DNA from: Cyanobacteriota bacterium
GTDB taxonomy: Bacteria > Cyanobacteriota > Cyanobacteriia > Thermostichales > Thermostichaceae
DNA: 64,000 nucleotides
Direction of reading: 5' to 3'
NCBI GenBank assembly: GCA_033764955.1
Contig: JANRIL010000041.1
Span: 1-64,000 of the forward strand
Part shown: positions 41,461 to 51,981 of the stretch, in pieces
Layout of the letters: each line of letters opens with the position of its first letter
How positions within the stretch are numbered: the first letter of the stretch is position 1
Made by a program: the position numbers and the translations under genes
The notes under the pieces: model-generated
Database searches by the model: none
What the model was told of the DNA's origin: nothing
Seen by the model: the letters and a program-made list of their open reading frames with translations, nothing else

Positions 41461-43836
41461 GTGCTGGTGGGGACAAAAAACATGGCATTTCAGCAACGTC
41501 AGGGATCCGAACCCGTTTTGCCCAAGATGCGCCGCCCCACCCCCACGGCTGCCCCACCCCCTGCTGGTCAGGCTCATGCACAACGCCGCTCCTACAGTGC
41601 CTACAATCAGCCTTCCCACAAAAGAGGACGGGGCGGCTTTCGCTGGTTTTTCCCCCTTTTTGTGTTGTTGGGTTTTTTGACAGGAGCCGCTTTCTCCTGG
41701 GGCATTGCCCGTCCCGATTGGTCGATTCGTCTGCCAGCCAATCTCTCCGCTCCCCTCTCCTGGGGATCTCCTGCCACCGTCAGTCAGGATCGCACTCTCG
41801 CCAAAGCGGCTCGGTTTACCTCCCTCCCCCTGCCTGTTGCCACCAGCCAGCCGACGGATCCCTTTGCCCTGCATCCTTTGGTGGGGCTGTCCTATGTGCC
41901 CTCCATCATGTATCACGATGTTGTCGGATCCTACAAACAGGTTTGGTTTGACACCACCCAAGCGGAACTACGCCAACATTTTGAGGCGATTCGGGAGGCA
42001 GGCGTTACCCCCATCTCCATCGACCAGCTCTACCAACACCTACAACTGGGGGATCCCTTGCCCCCCAAGGCCATCCTGCTTACCTTTGATGACGCCTATT
42101 TGGGACAATACGAGTTTGCTTATCCTCTCCTCAAAGAATTTAACTACCCCGCCGCCTATTTTGTCCAAACCGCCTTTGTGGGAGTGCCCACCAGCAAAGA
42201 TCACTTTACCTGGGAACAAATGCAGCAGATGGATCGGGAGGGATTAGTCAGCTTTGCCGCCCACACGGTTTCCCATCCCTCAGATCTAAGAGCTTTACCC
42301 GACGACAAACTGCAACGGGAGTTGGTGGAATCGAAGCGGTTGATGGAAGAAAAACTGGGACATGCCATTGAGTATTTTGCCTATCCTGAGGGGAACCGCG
42401 ATGCACGGGTGATCGAGGCCGTCAAAGCAGCGGGCTACAAAATGGCCTTTACGATGGACACTGGATTTACCGGACAGTCCCCCAACCTGTTAGAGGTACG
42501 CCGCTTTAATCAGTTCCGCCTCACCGAGGCGATTGTGGGAGCCAAAACCCTGGCCAGCAAAGCTAATCCCGCCTATGAGCTGGAGGTCAGCACCCCCCTA
42601 CAGGTTAAGACCGAAGATCTGGAGCAAGTGCGAACCCTCACGATTCGCGGGGGACGGATGGCCACCGTACATGCGGATCAACGCTACAACGTGGGTACGC
42701 TAGTTTCCCGCTATCAGGCCACCGCTGGCATCAACGGCAGCTTCTTCTCGATTCCCTGGATCAACGCCTCCAGCAATGTGATGATTGGCCCCGTCATGAG
42801 CGCCAACAGCAAGGTGTTCATTCCGGGGCGACCGGAGGATGATGCCGTGATTCGCGGTAGACCCCTGGTGCTGCTGGGTCAGGATCGCCTGCAATTTGTC
42901 CCTTTTGATCCTGACACCATGAATAGCCTAGAGGAGATTCAGCGGTTGATGCCCGATGTCACGGATCTGTTTGTGGGCGGACTCTGGCTGGTGCGGGATG
43001 GACAACCCCTCACCCCGGCTCAGTTGGATTCCTTCCGGCTCTCCAGTGCCGCCGAGTTTCGCCCCCGTGCCTTTTTGGGAGTGGATCAAGACGGGCTGGT
43101 GGTGGCAGGAGTTACCAAAACCCACGTCAATGCCGCGATCTTGGCTACTATTTTGCCTAAAACAGGGATCCAAGAGGCCATCCTACTCGACTCCGGCTTT
43201 AGCACCTCCCTGATCTACGAGGATGAAATCCTGGCCACAGGACATGCCACCGCCAGCCAACCCAGCCGCCCTGTGCCCCATGTCATCCTGCTTTACGACT
43301 TGCCCAAGCTCTGGCAAACCGGATCCCCAGAGGGTCTGGCCACCCCTCCAGATCGGCTGGAATCCCTGATTAGTAGCCTGCCCACGGAGCAACAAGCCTC
43401 CAGTCGGGCAGTTCTCTCGGCGGTTTTGTCGGGACAGCAGGTGTTGCGCCGAGGGGATCGGGGGAGTGCTGTTGCTGCTGTGCAAATTGGTTTAGCCCGC
43501 TTAGCCGCCAGCCAAGGCCAAACAGGCTTGCTGCCCTCCGGCCCCGATGGTGTCTATGGACGAGAACTGGGACAAGCCCTAATGGTGCTGGGGCTAACCA
43601 TAGATACGACTGCTTCCTCGACTTCTTCCTCACTCCCGTCAGCCAGTCCTACCCCCTTGGCTGGCCCCGGTTCCGCCCCCCTCGTCACCGAGTTTGTGGA
43701 TACCCTGGATGCTTCTATCCTCAACCGCCTCTTAGATCAGGTACAACAAGCCCCTCCCGCCGTCTTGGTTAGCACCACCCTGACTCGTCAACCGCCTGAC
43801 CTCAGCCGCAAACCCAGCCGTAAGCCCCTCTCTTAG
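41461..43836 (+). CDS. Membrane-anchored polysaccharide deacetylase (CE4) fused to a phosphodiester-glycosidase (NAGPA/DUF2233)-like domain and a possible peptidoglycan-binding tail
   Basis: IMYHD, LTFDDAY, HTVSH, FAYPEG; AGINGSFF, RPRAFLG, LLDSGFSTSL, RPVPH; LRRGDRGSAVAAVQ..L...DGVYG. Confidence 0.85.
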   Translation: MLVGTKNMAFQQRQGSEPVLPKMRRPTPTAAPPPAGQAHAQRRSYSAYNQPSHKRGRGGFRWFFPLFVLLGFLTGAAFSWGIARPDWSIRLPANLSAPLSWGSPATVSQDRTLAKAARFTSLPLPVATSQPTDPFALHPLVGLSYVPSIMYHDVVGSYKQVWFDTTQAELRQHFEAIREAGVTPISIDQLYQHLQLGDPLPPKAILLTFDDAYLGQYEFAYPLLKEFNYPAAYFVQTAFVGVPTSKDHFTWEQMQQMDREGLVSFAAHTVSHPSDLRALPDDKLQRELVESKRLMEEKLGHAIEYFAYPEGNRDARVIEAVKAAGYKMAFTMDTGFTGQSPNLLEVRRFNQFRLTEAIVGAKTLASKANPAYELEVSTPLQVKTEDLEQVRTLTIRGGRMATVHADQRYNVGTLVSRYQATAGINGSFFSIPWINASSNVMIGPVMSANSKVFIPGRPEDDAVIRGRPLVLLGQDRLQFVPFDPDTMNSLEEIQRLMPDVTDLFVGGLWLVRDGQPLTPAQLDSFRLSSAAEFRPRAFLGVDQDGLVVAGVTKTHVNAAILATILPKTGIQEAILLDSGFSTSLIYEDEILATGHATASQPSRPVPHVILLYDLPKLWQTGSPEGLATPPDRLESLISSLPTEQQASSRAVLSAVLSGQQVLRRGDRGSAVAAVQIGLARLAASQGQTGLLPSGPDGVYGRELGQALMVLGLTIDTTASSTSSSLPSASPTPLAGPGSAPLVTEFVDTLDASILNRLLDQVQQAPPAVLVSTTLTRQPPDLSRKPSRKPLS

Positions 43837-43995
43837 ACCAACACTGCCGATGTGCCCCCAGAATTTGAGGGATCCCCAGACCTTCCGTAATTGGTGATAC
43901 ATCCATCCTGAGTTTTAGTGCCTATACTAAACACAATTATTTTGTTAGCACCATATATGGTGTAGATCGTTGTGTTTAAGGGGTGAAAAGAGTTT

Positions 43996-44214
43996 ATGGT
44001 TGTTCGACAAACGTCCCTTCCGTCCCTGCGCTCCCGATTTTCTCCAGGCACCGCCGTTGAGGTTCTCTATCCCCCCTACGCCCAGGGATCCGTGGGGGTG
44101 ATCGCCGCGCGGGAAAATGCGGAACGCTGGCTAGTTAGTATCCCTAGCAACGATCTCAACCAGGAACCGCTGTTACTCTCGTTACATGAGCTGGAACTGC
44201 AACTGGCCAGCTAG
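43996..44214 (+). CDS. Small hypothetical protein (SH3/KOW-like pattern)
   Basis: PGTAVEVLYPPYAQG.VG.I..RE...RWLV; ATG with purine-rich upstream sequence. Confidence 0.6.
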   Translation: MVVRQTSLPSLRSRFSPGTAVEVLYPPYAQGSVGVIAARENAERWLVSIPSNDLNQEPLLLSLHELELQLAS

Positions 44215-44426
44215 GGCAAATAGCGTAGAGGAGGAAACCTTTAATCCGCATGATCTCCCAAGCTTTTTCTGGCGATCTGCCGTTACCCTAGAACCTACAG
44301 CTACGTATTTGTGAGGGGCATCCGTAGATATTTCCCTCATTCAGGAGGATATTTCCTGCCTAAGGAGGATCTACCCAGAAGCAGACGTAACTGGACAAAG
44401 CTGGACAACCCAAAGGAAACGAGTGG

Positions 44427-45212
44427 ATGGCAGATCTCAACCCTGGGCTAGGCTCAATTCCTTCCTCGGCTCCTTCGGGATCCGATGTGGTAGGGATTCC
44501 TTTCCCTTTAAGTTCTGATACGTTAGCCCTGCTGGATAGGTTAGCCTATGATACCCAGGGTTTGCTACCCGCCATTGTGCAGGATTATCTGGACGGGGCG
44601 GTGTTAATGCTGGCCTGGATGAGCCGCCAGTCTTTGCAAAAAACCCTAGAAACCGGGCGCACCTGGTTTTGGAGCCGTTCGCGGCAACAGTTATGGCCGA
44701 AAGGAGAAACTTCTGGTCACTGGCAGGAGGTGAAAGCCATTCGCTATGACTGCGACCAAGATGCTCTGCTGATCATGGTGGAACAAAAGGGAGACGTGGC
44801 CTGCCATACGGGATCCCGCAGTTGTTTCTTTCGAGATCTGGTTGGCTTGCCCTCTACTACCCTTGCGCCAGCTTTCTCTGTGGATCCCTCCTCCGGTGAT
44901 AGGGATCACCCTCCCCCCCCTCCCCTAGCCGATACGCTGTCTCAGGTATTTGCGGTGATTCAGCAACGGCAGGCTTATCCTCAGGCCAACTCCTACACCA
45001 ATCAGTTGCTCGATAAGGGGGATAATGCCATCCTGAAAAAGCTGGGAGAAGAAACTGCCGAGGTGGTGATGGCAGTCAAAGATCGGCAGCCGGATGCCAT
45101 CGCTGGTGAAATTGCTGACCTTTGGTATCACTGCCTTGTGGCTCTTGCCTATCATCATGTGGATCTAAAAGATGTCTATCGCAAGCTCCAAGCCCGTCGC
45201 ACCCCCCGCTAA
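44427..45212 (+). CDS. hisIE: Bifunctional phosphoribosyl-AMP cyclohydrolase / phosphoribosyl-ATP diphosphatase
   Basis: WSRSRQ.LW.KGETSGH, DCDQD, ACHTG.RSCF, SYT..L, KLGEE..E, EIADL.YH. Confidence 0.96.
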   Translation: MADLNPGLGSIPSSAPSGSDVVGIPFPLSSDTLALLDRLAYDTQGLLPAIVQDYLDGAVLMLAWMSRQSLQKTLETGRTWFWSRSRQQLWPKGETSGHWQEVKAIRYDCDQDALLIMVEQKGDVACHTGSRSCFFRDLVGLPSTTLAPAFSVDPSSGDRDHPPPPPLADTLSQVFAVIQQRQAYPQANSYTNQLLDKGDNAILKKLGEETAEVVMAVKDRQPDAIAGEIADLWYHCLVALAYHHVDLKDVYRKLQARRTPR

Positions 45213-45222
45213 CCCTACCGAG

Positions 45223-45825
45223 ATGCCATCCTCCATTGAGATTGTGGCTCACCAGCAGGGGCAGGTTGACTTAGATACAGATGTGCAGGCTTTAGCCCAC
45301 TATCTCAATCATCATCAATCCTGGATTCACCACTGCTTTAAGCCCTTGCAGGTAGAGGCTCTTTCTGAAGACACCTACCGCCTCCAGTTCTTTCGGATTG
45401 GCGGCATGGGCTTTGAACTGGAGCCATGCTTTGGGGTAAAAATCTGGCCGGAAGATCAACAGGTGTTTCGCCTTAGTTCGATTGAATTGCCCAGTGACGC
45501 CGAACTTCCCTACAAAGTGGATTGTCAGTCTTACTTTCAACTAGAAGCATTGCCGGATGCTGGGAATAGTGCTCCACAAACCCGTGTGCATTGGGATTTG
45601 AAGCTGCGAATCGGGATGGAGCTACCCGGCTTTTTGCTAGCTTTGCCCCGTAAATTGGTTCACAAAGTGGGATCCCGTGTGGTTAACCAGGTGACTCGCA
45701 GCATGAGTGATCGCCTCACCCACAATGTCTGTACCGATTTTTATAAGTCCATCAACAAAGCGGGCCGCAAATACCGCTTGATTAGCCTCAGTCATCCTCA
45801 GGCTAAAGCCAATGACTTGGGTTAA
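45223..45825 (+). CDS. DUF1997 family protein
   Basis: YLNHHQSWIHHC.KP..VE, GFELEP, T.V.W.L.L, LP..LV...G..V. Confidence 0.8.
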   Translation: MPSSIEIVAHQQGQVDLDTDVQALAHYLNHHQSWIHHCFKPLQVEALSEDTYRLQFFRIGGMGFELEPCFGVKIWPEDQQVFRLSSIELPSDAELPYKVDCQSYFQLEALPDAGNSAPQTRVHWDLKLRIGMELPGFLLALPRKLVHKVGSRVVNQVTRSMSDRLTHNVCTDFYKSINKAGRKYRLISLSHPQAKANDLG

Positions 45826-45922
45826 GCCAAGGGATCCCTATCCCCCTCGCCGGTTGTCATTCTTAAGGAAGCAAGCTAGGGTGCTATCGGCAAAAGGTTG
45901 GTTAAGGGATCCCCTTTTTCCT

Positions 45923-45950
45923 TTTGTTATGACCACTTTGTTATGACCAC
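45923..45950. repeat. 2 x 14-bp direct repeat TTTGTTATGACCAC
   Basis: Read directly, just upstream of the antiporter start. Confidence 0.9.
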
Positions 45951-45967
45951 TTCAGAGAGGCTGACGA

Positions 45968-47458
45968 TTGCTGACTATTCCCCTTCTGGCTAGCGCTGCT
46001 ACCGAACTTGAGGTAGCCCATTCTGCCCAACTGGCTCCCTTTGTCCTGATTGCTGTCTTGCTAGCTCTGGTTACGATCTACCTGGCTAGCCGTATCCTGG
46101 GAGAAATCGCCATCCGCCTCAGCCTGCCTCCCGTTCTGGGGGAATTGATCGGGGGGGTGATCGTCGGGTCTTCGCTGCTGAGTCTGCTGGTGTTTGGGGA
46201 GGGGGGAGGAGAAACCCTGACCCATTTGGCTGAGTCCTCGGGCATTATTCGTATCCTCCAGGCAACTGCTGGACTGGAAACAACAGCGATCGGACAGGTG
46301 TTTGCCTCCCAACGGGAAATCGTCGATCTCCTTTCGGAAATAGGGGTGATTATCCTGCTTTTTGAGATTGGTTTAGAGTCTGATCTAAAGGAGCTGATTC
46401 GAGTGGGGCCACAGGCTGCTGTGGTAGCTGTGGTGGGTGTGGCAGTTCCCTTTACCTTGGGTACGCTGGGTTTGATTTTTGCCTTTCATCTGCCGACGAT
46501 TCCATCCGTGTTTGCGGGGGCAGCCTTGACTGCCACTAGCATCGGTATTACGGCTAGAGTGCTGGCGGAATTGCAAAAACTCTCCACCTCCGAAGGGCAG
46601 ATCATCATCGGGGCTGCCGTCTTGGATGATGTTTTAGGAATCATGATTTTGGCGGTGGTGGCAGGGCTAGCCAAAACGGGCGAAATCAATTTGGCCGACA
46701 TTGGCTTGATTGTCGTAAGTGCGGTGGTCTTTTTGGTGGGATCCATTGTATTGGGTCGCCTGCTTAGTCCCTATCTGGTGCAGTTAATCGATCAACTCAA
46801 AACCCGTGGCAACCCGCTGGTTCCCGCTCTGATCCTGGCTTTTGCCCTCGCTTATGTCGGACAAGTCATTCATTTGGAGGCGATTTTGGGGGCATTTGCG
46901 GCGGGTTTGATTTTGGGAGAAACCGAAAAGCGGCATGATTTGGAGGAGCAGATTCGCCCCATTTCCGACCTGTTTGTGCCGATCTTTTTTGTTTGTGTGG
47001 GAGCCAAAACCAATTTGGCGGTTCTCAATCCACTGATTCCGGCCAACCGAGAGGGATTAATTATTGCCATCTTTTTGATTGGGGTGGCAATTGTCGGCAA
47101 GTTGGTGGCGGGGATCGGAGCCTTTGGCAAGCCTGGTATTAACCGCTATGCAATTGGCGTGGGCATGATTCCACGTGGGGAGGTGGGCTTAGTGTTTGCC
47201 GGCGTGGGAGCCGCCAGTGGCGTATTATCCGACTCCCTAGATGTCAGCATTATTGTCATGGTGATTGTCACCACCTTTATCGCTCCCCTCTGGCTACGCA
47301 GTGCCTTGCAGGCAGAACCCAGTCCAGAGGCAACAGGCTCATTGCTGGATTTGCAAGCGCAGGTGGTCGGTGGTGAAGGGGATCCCGATTCCGCTTCTGC
47401 CCAGATGGGATCCCGATTGATCCCAGAGGAAGAGTCATCGGGATCAATTTCTTCCTAA
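45968..47458 (+). CDS. CPA2 Na+/H+ antiporter (NhaS3/NapA-like)
   Basis: PPVLGEL, LLFEIGLES, ATSIGIT, GAAVLDD, GAFAAGL, GMIPRGEVG. Confidence 0.93.
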   Translation: MLTIPLLASAATELEVAHSAQLAPFVLIAVLLALVTIYLASRILGEIAIRLSLPPVLGELIGGVIVGSSLLSLLVFGEGGGETLTHLAESSGIIRILQATAGLETTAIGQVFASQREIVDLLSEIGVIILLFEIGLESDLKELIRVGPQAAVVAVVGVAVPFTLGTLGLIFAFHLPTIPSVFAGAALTATSIGITARVLAELQKLSTSEGQIIIGAAVLDDVLGIMILAVVAGLAKTGEINLADIGLIVVSAVVFLVGSIVLGRLLSPYLVQLIDQLKTRGNPLVPALILAFALAYVGQVIHLEAILGAFAAGLILGETEKRHDLEEQIRPISDLFVPIFFVCVGAKTNLAVLNPLIPANREGLIIAIFLIGVAIVGKLVAGIGAFGKPGINRYAIGVGMIPRGEVGLVFAGVGAASGVLSDSLDVSIIVMVIVTTFIAPLWLRSALQAEPSPEATGSLLDLQAQVVGGEGDPDSASAQMGSRLIPEEESSGSISS

Positions 47459-47477
47459 CCCTTGAGTTGTATAACCC

Positions 47478-47675
47478 TTAAATCCCGTCGTAGGGCAGAG
47501 TGGGGGGATCCTCATCGTTCAGGCTGGGGCGAGTGGGTAAGGGGTAGGATTGGGTGTCATCCAACAAAATTAAGACTCGTATCTGACTATGTTTGGGCAG
47601 GATCCGTAGGGCCTCGCTAGGGAGTTTAAGGTTGCCATCCTCCCCCAAATATCCTAAAAATTCATAAGCTTTCAT
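47478..47675 (-). CDS. Small hypothetical protein (AbrB/DUF104-like pattern)
   Basis: MKAYEF.G.L.EDG.L.LP...L..LP.....RVLILL; ATG at 47675. Confidence 0.6.
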   Translation of the reverse strand: MKAYEFLGYLGEDGNLKLPSEALRILPKHSQIRVLILLDDTQSYPLPTRPSLNDEDPPTLPYDGI

Positions 47676-47779
47676 ATAGCCCGAATCTACTTTGAGTCTA
47701 TTGTGAACTATTGTGAATTTGATCATGAGCCGATGAAACCCAGTCCAATCGTGGCTCAACAGCCATGGGGCTTGTGTCT

Positions 47780-48727
47780 TTAACCTAGCTTTTGCCAATA
47801 GCGTTGCAGCCCTTCATAAACGGTTCTTAAGCGATGCCATTGGGCTTGGCTCTCGGCTTGACGGTCAATCATGCTGGCTGTGAGGGGATAGTCAATTACT
47901 CGTGCGGCTCTCGATTGGTAGTGCTCCAGTGCCACTAACCCCCTTTGGCTAAACTGCCGCAGATAGATCTCTGCCGCGTTTTGACACCCCTGAATGACCA
48001 CATCTTCATAGGAAACTTGCCGGAAGGGTTGCGGCTTATCGGAAGATCCCCCTTGGTTGAGCAGATAGCTGGCACCGCCTAGGAGTGCCGCCCCAGCCGG
48101 CCCCCCAAACAGCAGACCCACTCCGGTAGCCACGATAACAGGCGTCAAATCTTTGCTGGTGGGAGCCGCCGGTTCAGCGGTTGGTAGCACCACTTGGGGA
48201 TGCTCAGGAAAAACTAAGCTCAAGGGAGCCGGCAGGTTCAGATGAAAGAAATTGGAAGCTTTTTCAATCCATGCCTCCACTGCTCGTCGCTGATCTTCCC
48301 AGGCAGGTCGCAAGTCATGCCGCTCCCAGTCATCAAACTCTAGAGCCTGCAGGGCGCGGCTAGCAGCAGCATGATACTGACTCAGGAGGTGATCGACACT
48401 CAGCCAAGTCTGTAGTGCCTGCCCACTCTTGCGGTATCCTTCCTGCAAAAGAACCTGGGCTTTTTGTTTGAGTTCTAGCTCACGGGCGTTTTTAGCCAAC
48501 TGGGCAACTTGCTCAGCCTCTTGTTCACGGATAGTGGTTTCTAGGGTGTCGATGACTCGCTCCAGTTTCTGCCGCCATGTTTGCAGATCGGGGTCATCGT
48601 TGCGAAAGTTCTGCAACCACGTTTGCAAATCCCCCAAGCCCGTTTTCTGGATGGTAGCCGGATCTAACCCTTGATTAGCGGTCACTAAGAGATTGATCAG
48701 CAACGATAAACGTTCGGAGCGAGCCAT
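47780..48727 (-). CDS. Coiled-coil protein resembling the C-terminal half of cyanobacterial dynamin-like proteins, no GTPase domain
   Basis: Helical, with hydrophobic hairpin ATGVGLLFGGPAGAALLGGASYLL; no GxxxxGKS/T motif. Confidence 0.55.
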   Translation of the reverse strand: MARSERLSLLINLLVTANQGLDPATIQKTGLGDLQTWLQNFRNDDPDLQTWRQKLERVIDTLETTIREQEAEQVAQLAKNARELELKQKAQVLLQEGYRKSGQALQTWLSVDHLLSQYHAAASRALQALEFDDWERHDLRPAWEDQRRAVEAWIEKASNFFHLNLPAPLSLVFPEHPQVVLPTAEPAAPTSKDLTPVIVATGVGLLFGGPAGAALLGGASYLLNQGGSSDKPQPFRQVSYEDVVIQGCQNAAEIYLRQFSQRGLVALEHYQSRAARVIDYPLTASMIDRQAESQAQWHRLRTVYEGLQRYWQKLG

Positions 48728-48891
48728 TTTTACCCTCAGCAGGTCGTGCTTTGATCCTAGCCTTCAGCATGAGAGGTTATCCAGCCTGAGGGGAAGCGTG
48801 GCAGTTCTCCATCTCGATCTGGGTATCCGAACAATGGCATGATAGGACGAGTGTTGCGGGGATCCCTGTTCACCCTAAAGGAGTAAAACCA

Positions 48892-49470
48892 ATGGTTCGC
48901 ACCGCCTCTACGATGTTGGCGCTGGGCACGCAAGCCCCTGATTTTGATCTACCGGATGTGGTTAGCGAAAAAAGAATTTCTCTTGCCAGCTTTGCGGATC
49001 GGGCTGCCCTCTTGGTCATGTTTATTTGCCAACATTGTCCTTATGTCAAGCACGTACAAACCGAGCTAGCTCGCATCGGTCAGGACTATGTAGGGCGGGG
49101 TGTTGGCATTGTGGCTATCAGTGCCAACGATGTTGAAAAATATCCTGACGATAGCCCTGCTAACCTCAAGCTGATGGCAGAAACCCTCGGCTTTCCCTTT
49201 CCCTTGTGCTACGACGAAACTCAAGCTACCGCCAAAGCCTATTCAGCGGCCTGTACCCCCGATTTTTTTCTGTTTGATAGCCAACGCAGACTGGTTTATC
49301 GGGGACAGTTAGATGACAGTCGCCCCAGTCTTGATCTTCCGGTCACGGGGAAGGATCTGCGGACGGCTCTGGAAGGGGTCTTGGCAGGTCAAGCGGAGAT
49401 TCCCAATCAAAAGCCGAGTCTGGGCTGTAACATCAAATGGAAACCGGGCAACGAACCCAACTATGGATAA
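48892..49470 (+). CDS. AhpC/TSA-like thioredoxin-family protein
   Basis: APDFDLPD, MFICQHCPYV, ACTPDFF, YRGQLDDSRP, SLGCNIKW. Confidence 0.92.
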   Translation: MVRTASTMLALGTQAPDFDLPDVVSEKRISLASFADRAALLVMFICQHCPYVKHVQTELARIGQDYVGRGVGIVAISANDVEKYPDDSPANLKLMAETLGFPFPLCYDETQATAKAYSAACTPDFFLFDSQRRLVYRGQLDDSRPSLDLPVTGKDLRTALEGVLAGQAEIPNQKPSLGCNIKWKPGNEPNYG

Positions 49471-49533
49471 TGGCTGGGATAGGTTTCTGTTATAGTTTAT
49501 AAGCTGGTTGGTAGGATCTTGCCTGCTGACTGA

Positions 49534-49607
<74 letters not shown>

Positions 49608-49735
49608 TGGGCATCAAATGCTTAGCTAGTCAGGGTTTCAGCCATTATTGGCTTCGCTAAACCCTAGCATTTTTTGTGCCGCACGGATCCGTATAGGCAG
49701 TTTTTAAGAGGATTTCAGGTTAGTTTGGGTATGGA

Positions 49736-50698
49736 ATGGGTATGAAGTCTCCAAAAGGGGTAGTAGCAGTTGAGGCATTCCAGAGCCGACTTCGGCTGCG
49801 TTGGCGGCATGATGGAAAGCGGTATACGCTCTCAATTGGTTTGCCAGATTCAAAAGTCAACCGTCAAGTGGCAACCCAGAAAGCGATGCAGATCGAACTA
49901 GATATGGCCAGCGGCAATTTCGACTCTACCCTCAGCAAGTACAAGCCACAGGTTCATACCCAGCTTCATACCCACAAGATGACGGCTCAAAGTCTATTCA
50001 GCAACTATATTGAGTACAAGGCAAATACTGTTCTGCCCAAAACTCTCGATAACTATCGGGTGGTGCCACGATATCTCCATCTATTTTTCGGTCAAAAAGC
50101 CGCTGAATCGATCACATCAGAAGAGGTGGTGAAGTTTGTTGAGTGGTTTGGGCGAGAAGCTACGCTTATACCTAGAGTTCAGCGGGAAAAAGTCGCTATG
50201 ATTCGTTCCGCTTGGGAGTGGGCGATCAAAAACAGACTTATTGAAATCACTCTAAACCCCTGGGAGGATGCCCCCCTCCGTCTGAAGGTACCGCCAAAAC
50301 AGCCGACAAAGCCTTTCACTCAGGAAGAGATCGAGAAAATTATTCAGGGGTTCCGAACGGATCGATTCTATAGTTTCTATACTGACTTTGTGACATTTCT
50401 TTTTTTAAGTGGCTGCCGAACCGGTGAGGCAATAGGTTTACGCTGGGGATCCGTTAGTGAAGACTGCTCGACGATTTGGATCGGTGAAAGTATGGTTAGG
50501 GGTGAAAGAAAATCAACCAAAACTAATAGAGCCAGAGTCATCGCAGCATCAAAAAATCTACAGCAGATGCTCAAACAACGACGCACCTCTTCTGTTGAGC
50601 CAGACCAACTAGTCTTTCCATCTCCCACAGGGAAATCAATTGATGATCATTGTTTTTCTCAGCGATCTTGGAGATCAGTATTAGGAAAATTAAATATT
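49736..50698 (+). pseudogene. Tyrosine integrase with N-terminal Arm DNA-binding domain, 3'-truncated by IS
   Basis: RLRLRWRHDGKRY.LS.GL, I.LD...G.FD.TL.KY, SGCRTGE (catalytic Arg), KT..R. The frame runs into the IS end after LGKLNI, before the H/Y-x-x-R and catalytic Tyr motifs. Confidence 0.9.
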
Positions 50699-51981
50699 GG
50701 GAACCTCGAAAAATACAATACTCTCCTATAGCCAAGCGACTCAAGTAGGAGAGCACTCGTCATTGAAGCTCTTGTCAAATCAATTGGGCTTCTTATACTT
50801 GTTACCAATTTAATTTATTAGTTTGTCTCAGTACTTACTTTTCGATTCCTCAAAATCCTCCCTGTCTCTGATGCACCGCTTGCTTCTCCCAATAGATATA
50901 TCGCTTAAAGTTATAAGCTAGATTCCTTAGCCCAATCACTGTCTTTGCCCTAGCAATTCCTATCGTCTCAATCAGTTTCCCTCCCATCTCGTTCACCCAT
51001 GTACCAAAGTTATGCTCGACCTTAGCCCTAGTCTTTGACCGTTCATGGTTCTTCCGTTTCTGTTCCTCACTAAGCTCTTGATTCCGGTATTTCCTCTCAT
51101 GTATCTGGCTCTCATATCCCAGCAAACCTAAAACCTTCTCTTCTAAATCACTGCGATAAGCACTGTCTCCCCACAATTGATCTGAATCATTCTCTACATC
51201 CAGTAAAGCTGTCAACATTTGCGAGTCATGCACCGCCGCATCAGTCACCTCATAGCATCGAATAAACCCATATCTTACATCCACACTTAGATGGTTCTTA
51301 TAGCCATAGTATGATTGACCATTTTTGTCCAGCGTGCATCTCTGTCCTTCTGACTCACTTTTTTAGGCTTATCTTCCCACCCCTCTGGAAACTTTCCCTC
51401 TTTCATCTGTGCATTCTCTTTCTTGCTATTATGTTGCTTGGGTACTGGCACTAAACTGGCATCGACAATCTGACCTCCTCTGGCTTCATATCCTTGTTCG
51501 GTTAAATAGTCATTGAACTGTATAAACAGATCCTTTGCATAACCTCCTTTGACAAGCTGCTCCCGAAATAGCCATACTGTTGTCGCATCAGGAACCCTAT
51601 CTTCCAAGCCTAACTCCAAAAACTCCATAAATGAGAGTCGGTCATTCACCTGGTACTCTAGTTCACTATCACTGATATTGTAGAGACGCTGAAGAATCAA
51701 CATCTTAAACATTAGAATCACATCAATTGGCTTACGACCTGCTAGACTCTTGCGTGCTTTTTGATGAATACTCTCCAACTCCAAGCGAAATTCCTCCCAC
51801 GGAATCATTCTCTTCAAACGCAAAAGCATGTCTTTCTGTTCCGTAAGCTTTTCTTTTCGTTTCTCTAGATCCCAAAATCCCTGCTGACCCATTGCTATCC
51901 TTATGATTTATCTCCTTAAACAATCTCATAAACTATAGAAAGTCGCCAGTCAAATCCCTCAATTGATTTATCGATGTGCCC
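50699..51981 (-). mobile_element. IS5-family insertion sequence (1283 bp)
   Basis: 16-bp terminal inverted repeats GGGAACCTCGAAAAAT / GGGCACATCGATAAAT (13/16), TATT on both flanks, transposase inside. Confidence 0.92.
50850..51892 (-). pseudogene. IS5-family transposase split by a -1 frameshift
   Basis: ORF 51287-51892 (GRKP, LSFMEFL, PDATT.W.FRE, IVDAS, DRDARWTK) continues in the -1 frame as NGQSYYGYKNHLSVD...HDS...WGDSAY...R.KVEH.FG; junction at an A5 run (51322-51326). Confidence 0.9.

Noticed and set aside
47698..47728. CTATTGTGAA x2 and TGTGA-N6-TCATG as a CRP-type site
   Set aside because: Weak second half-site; cannot be distinguished from chance.
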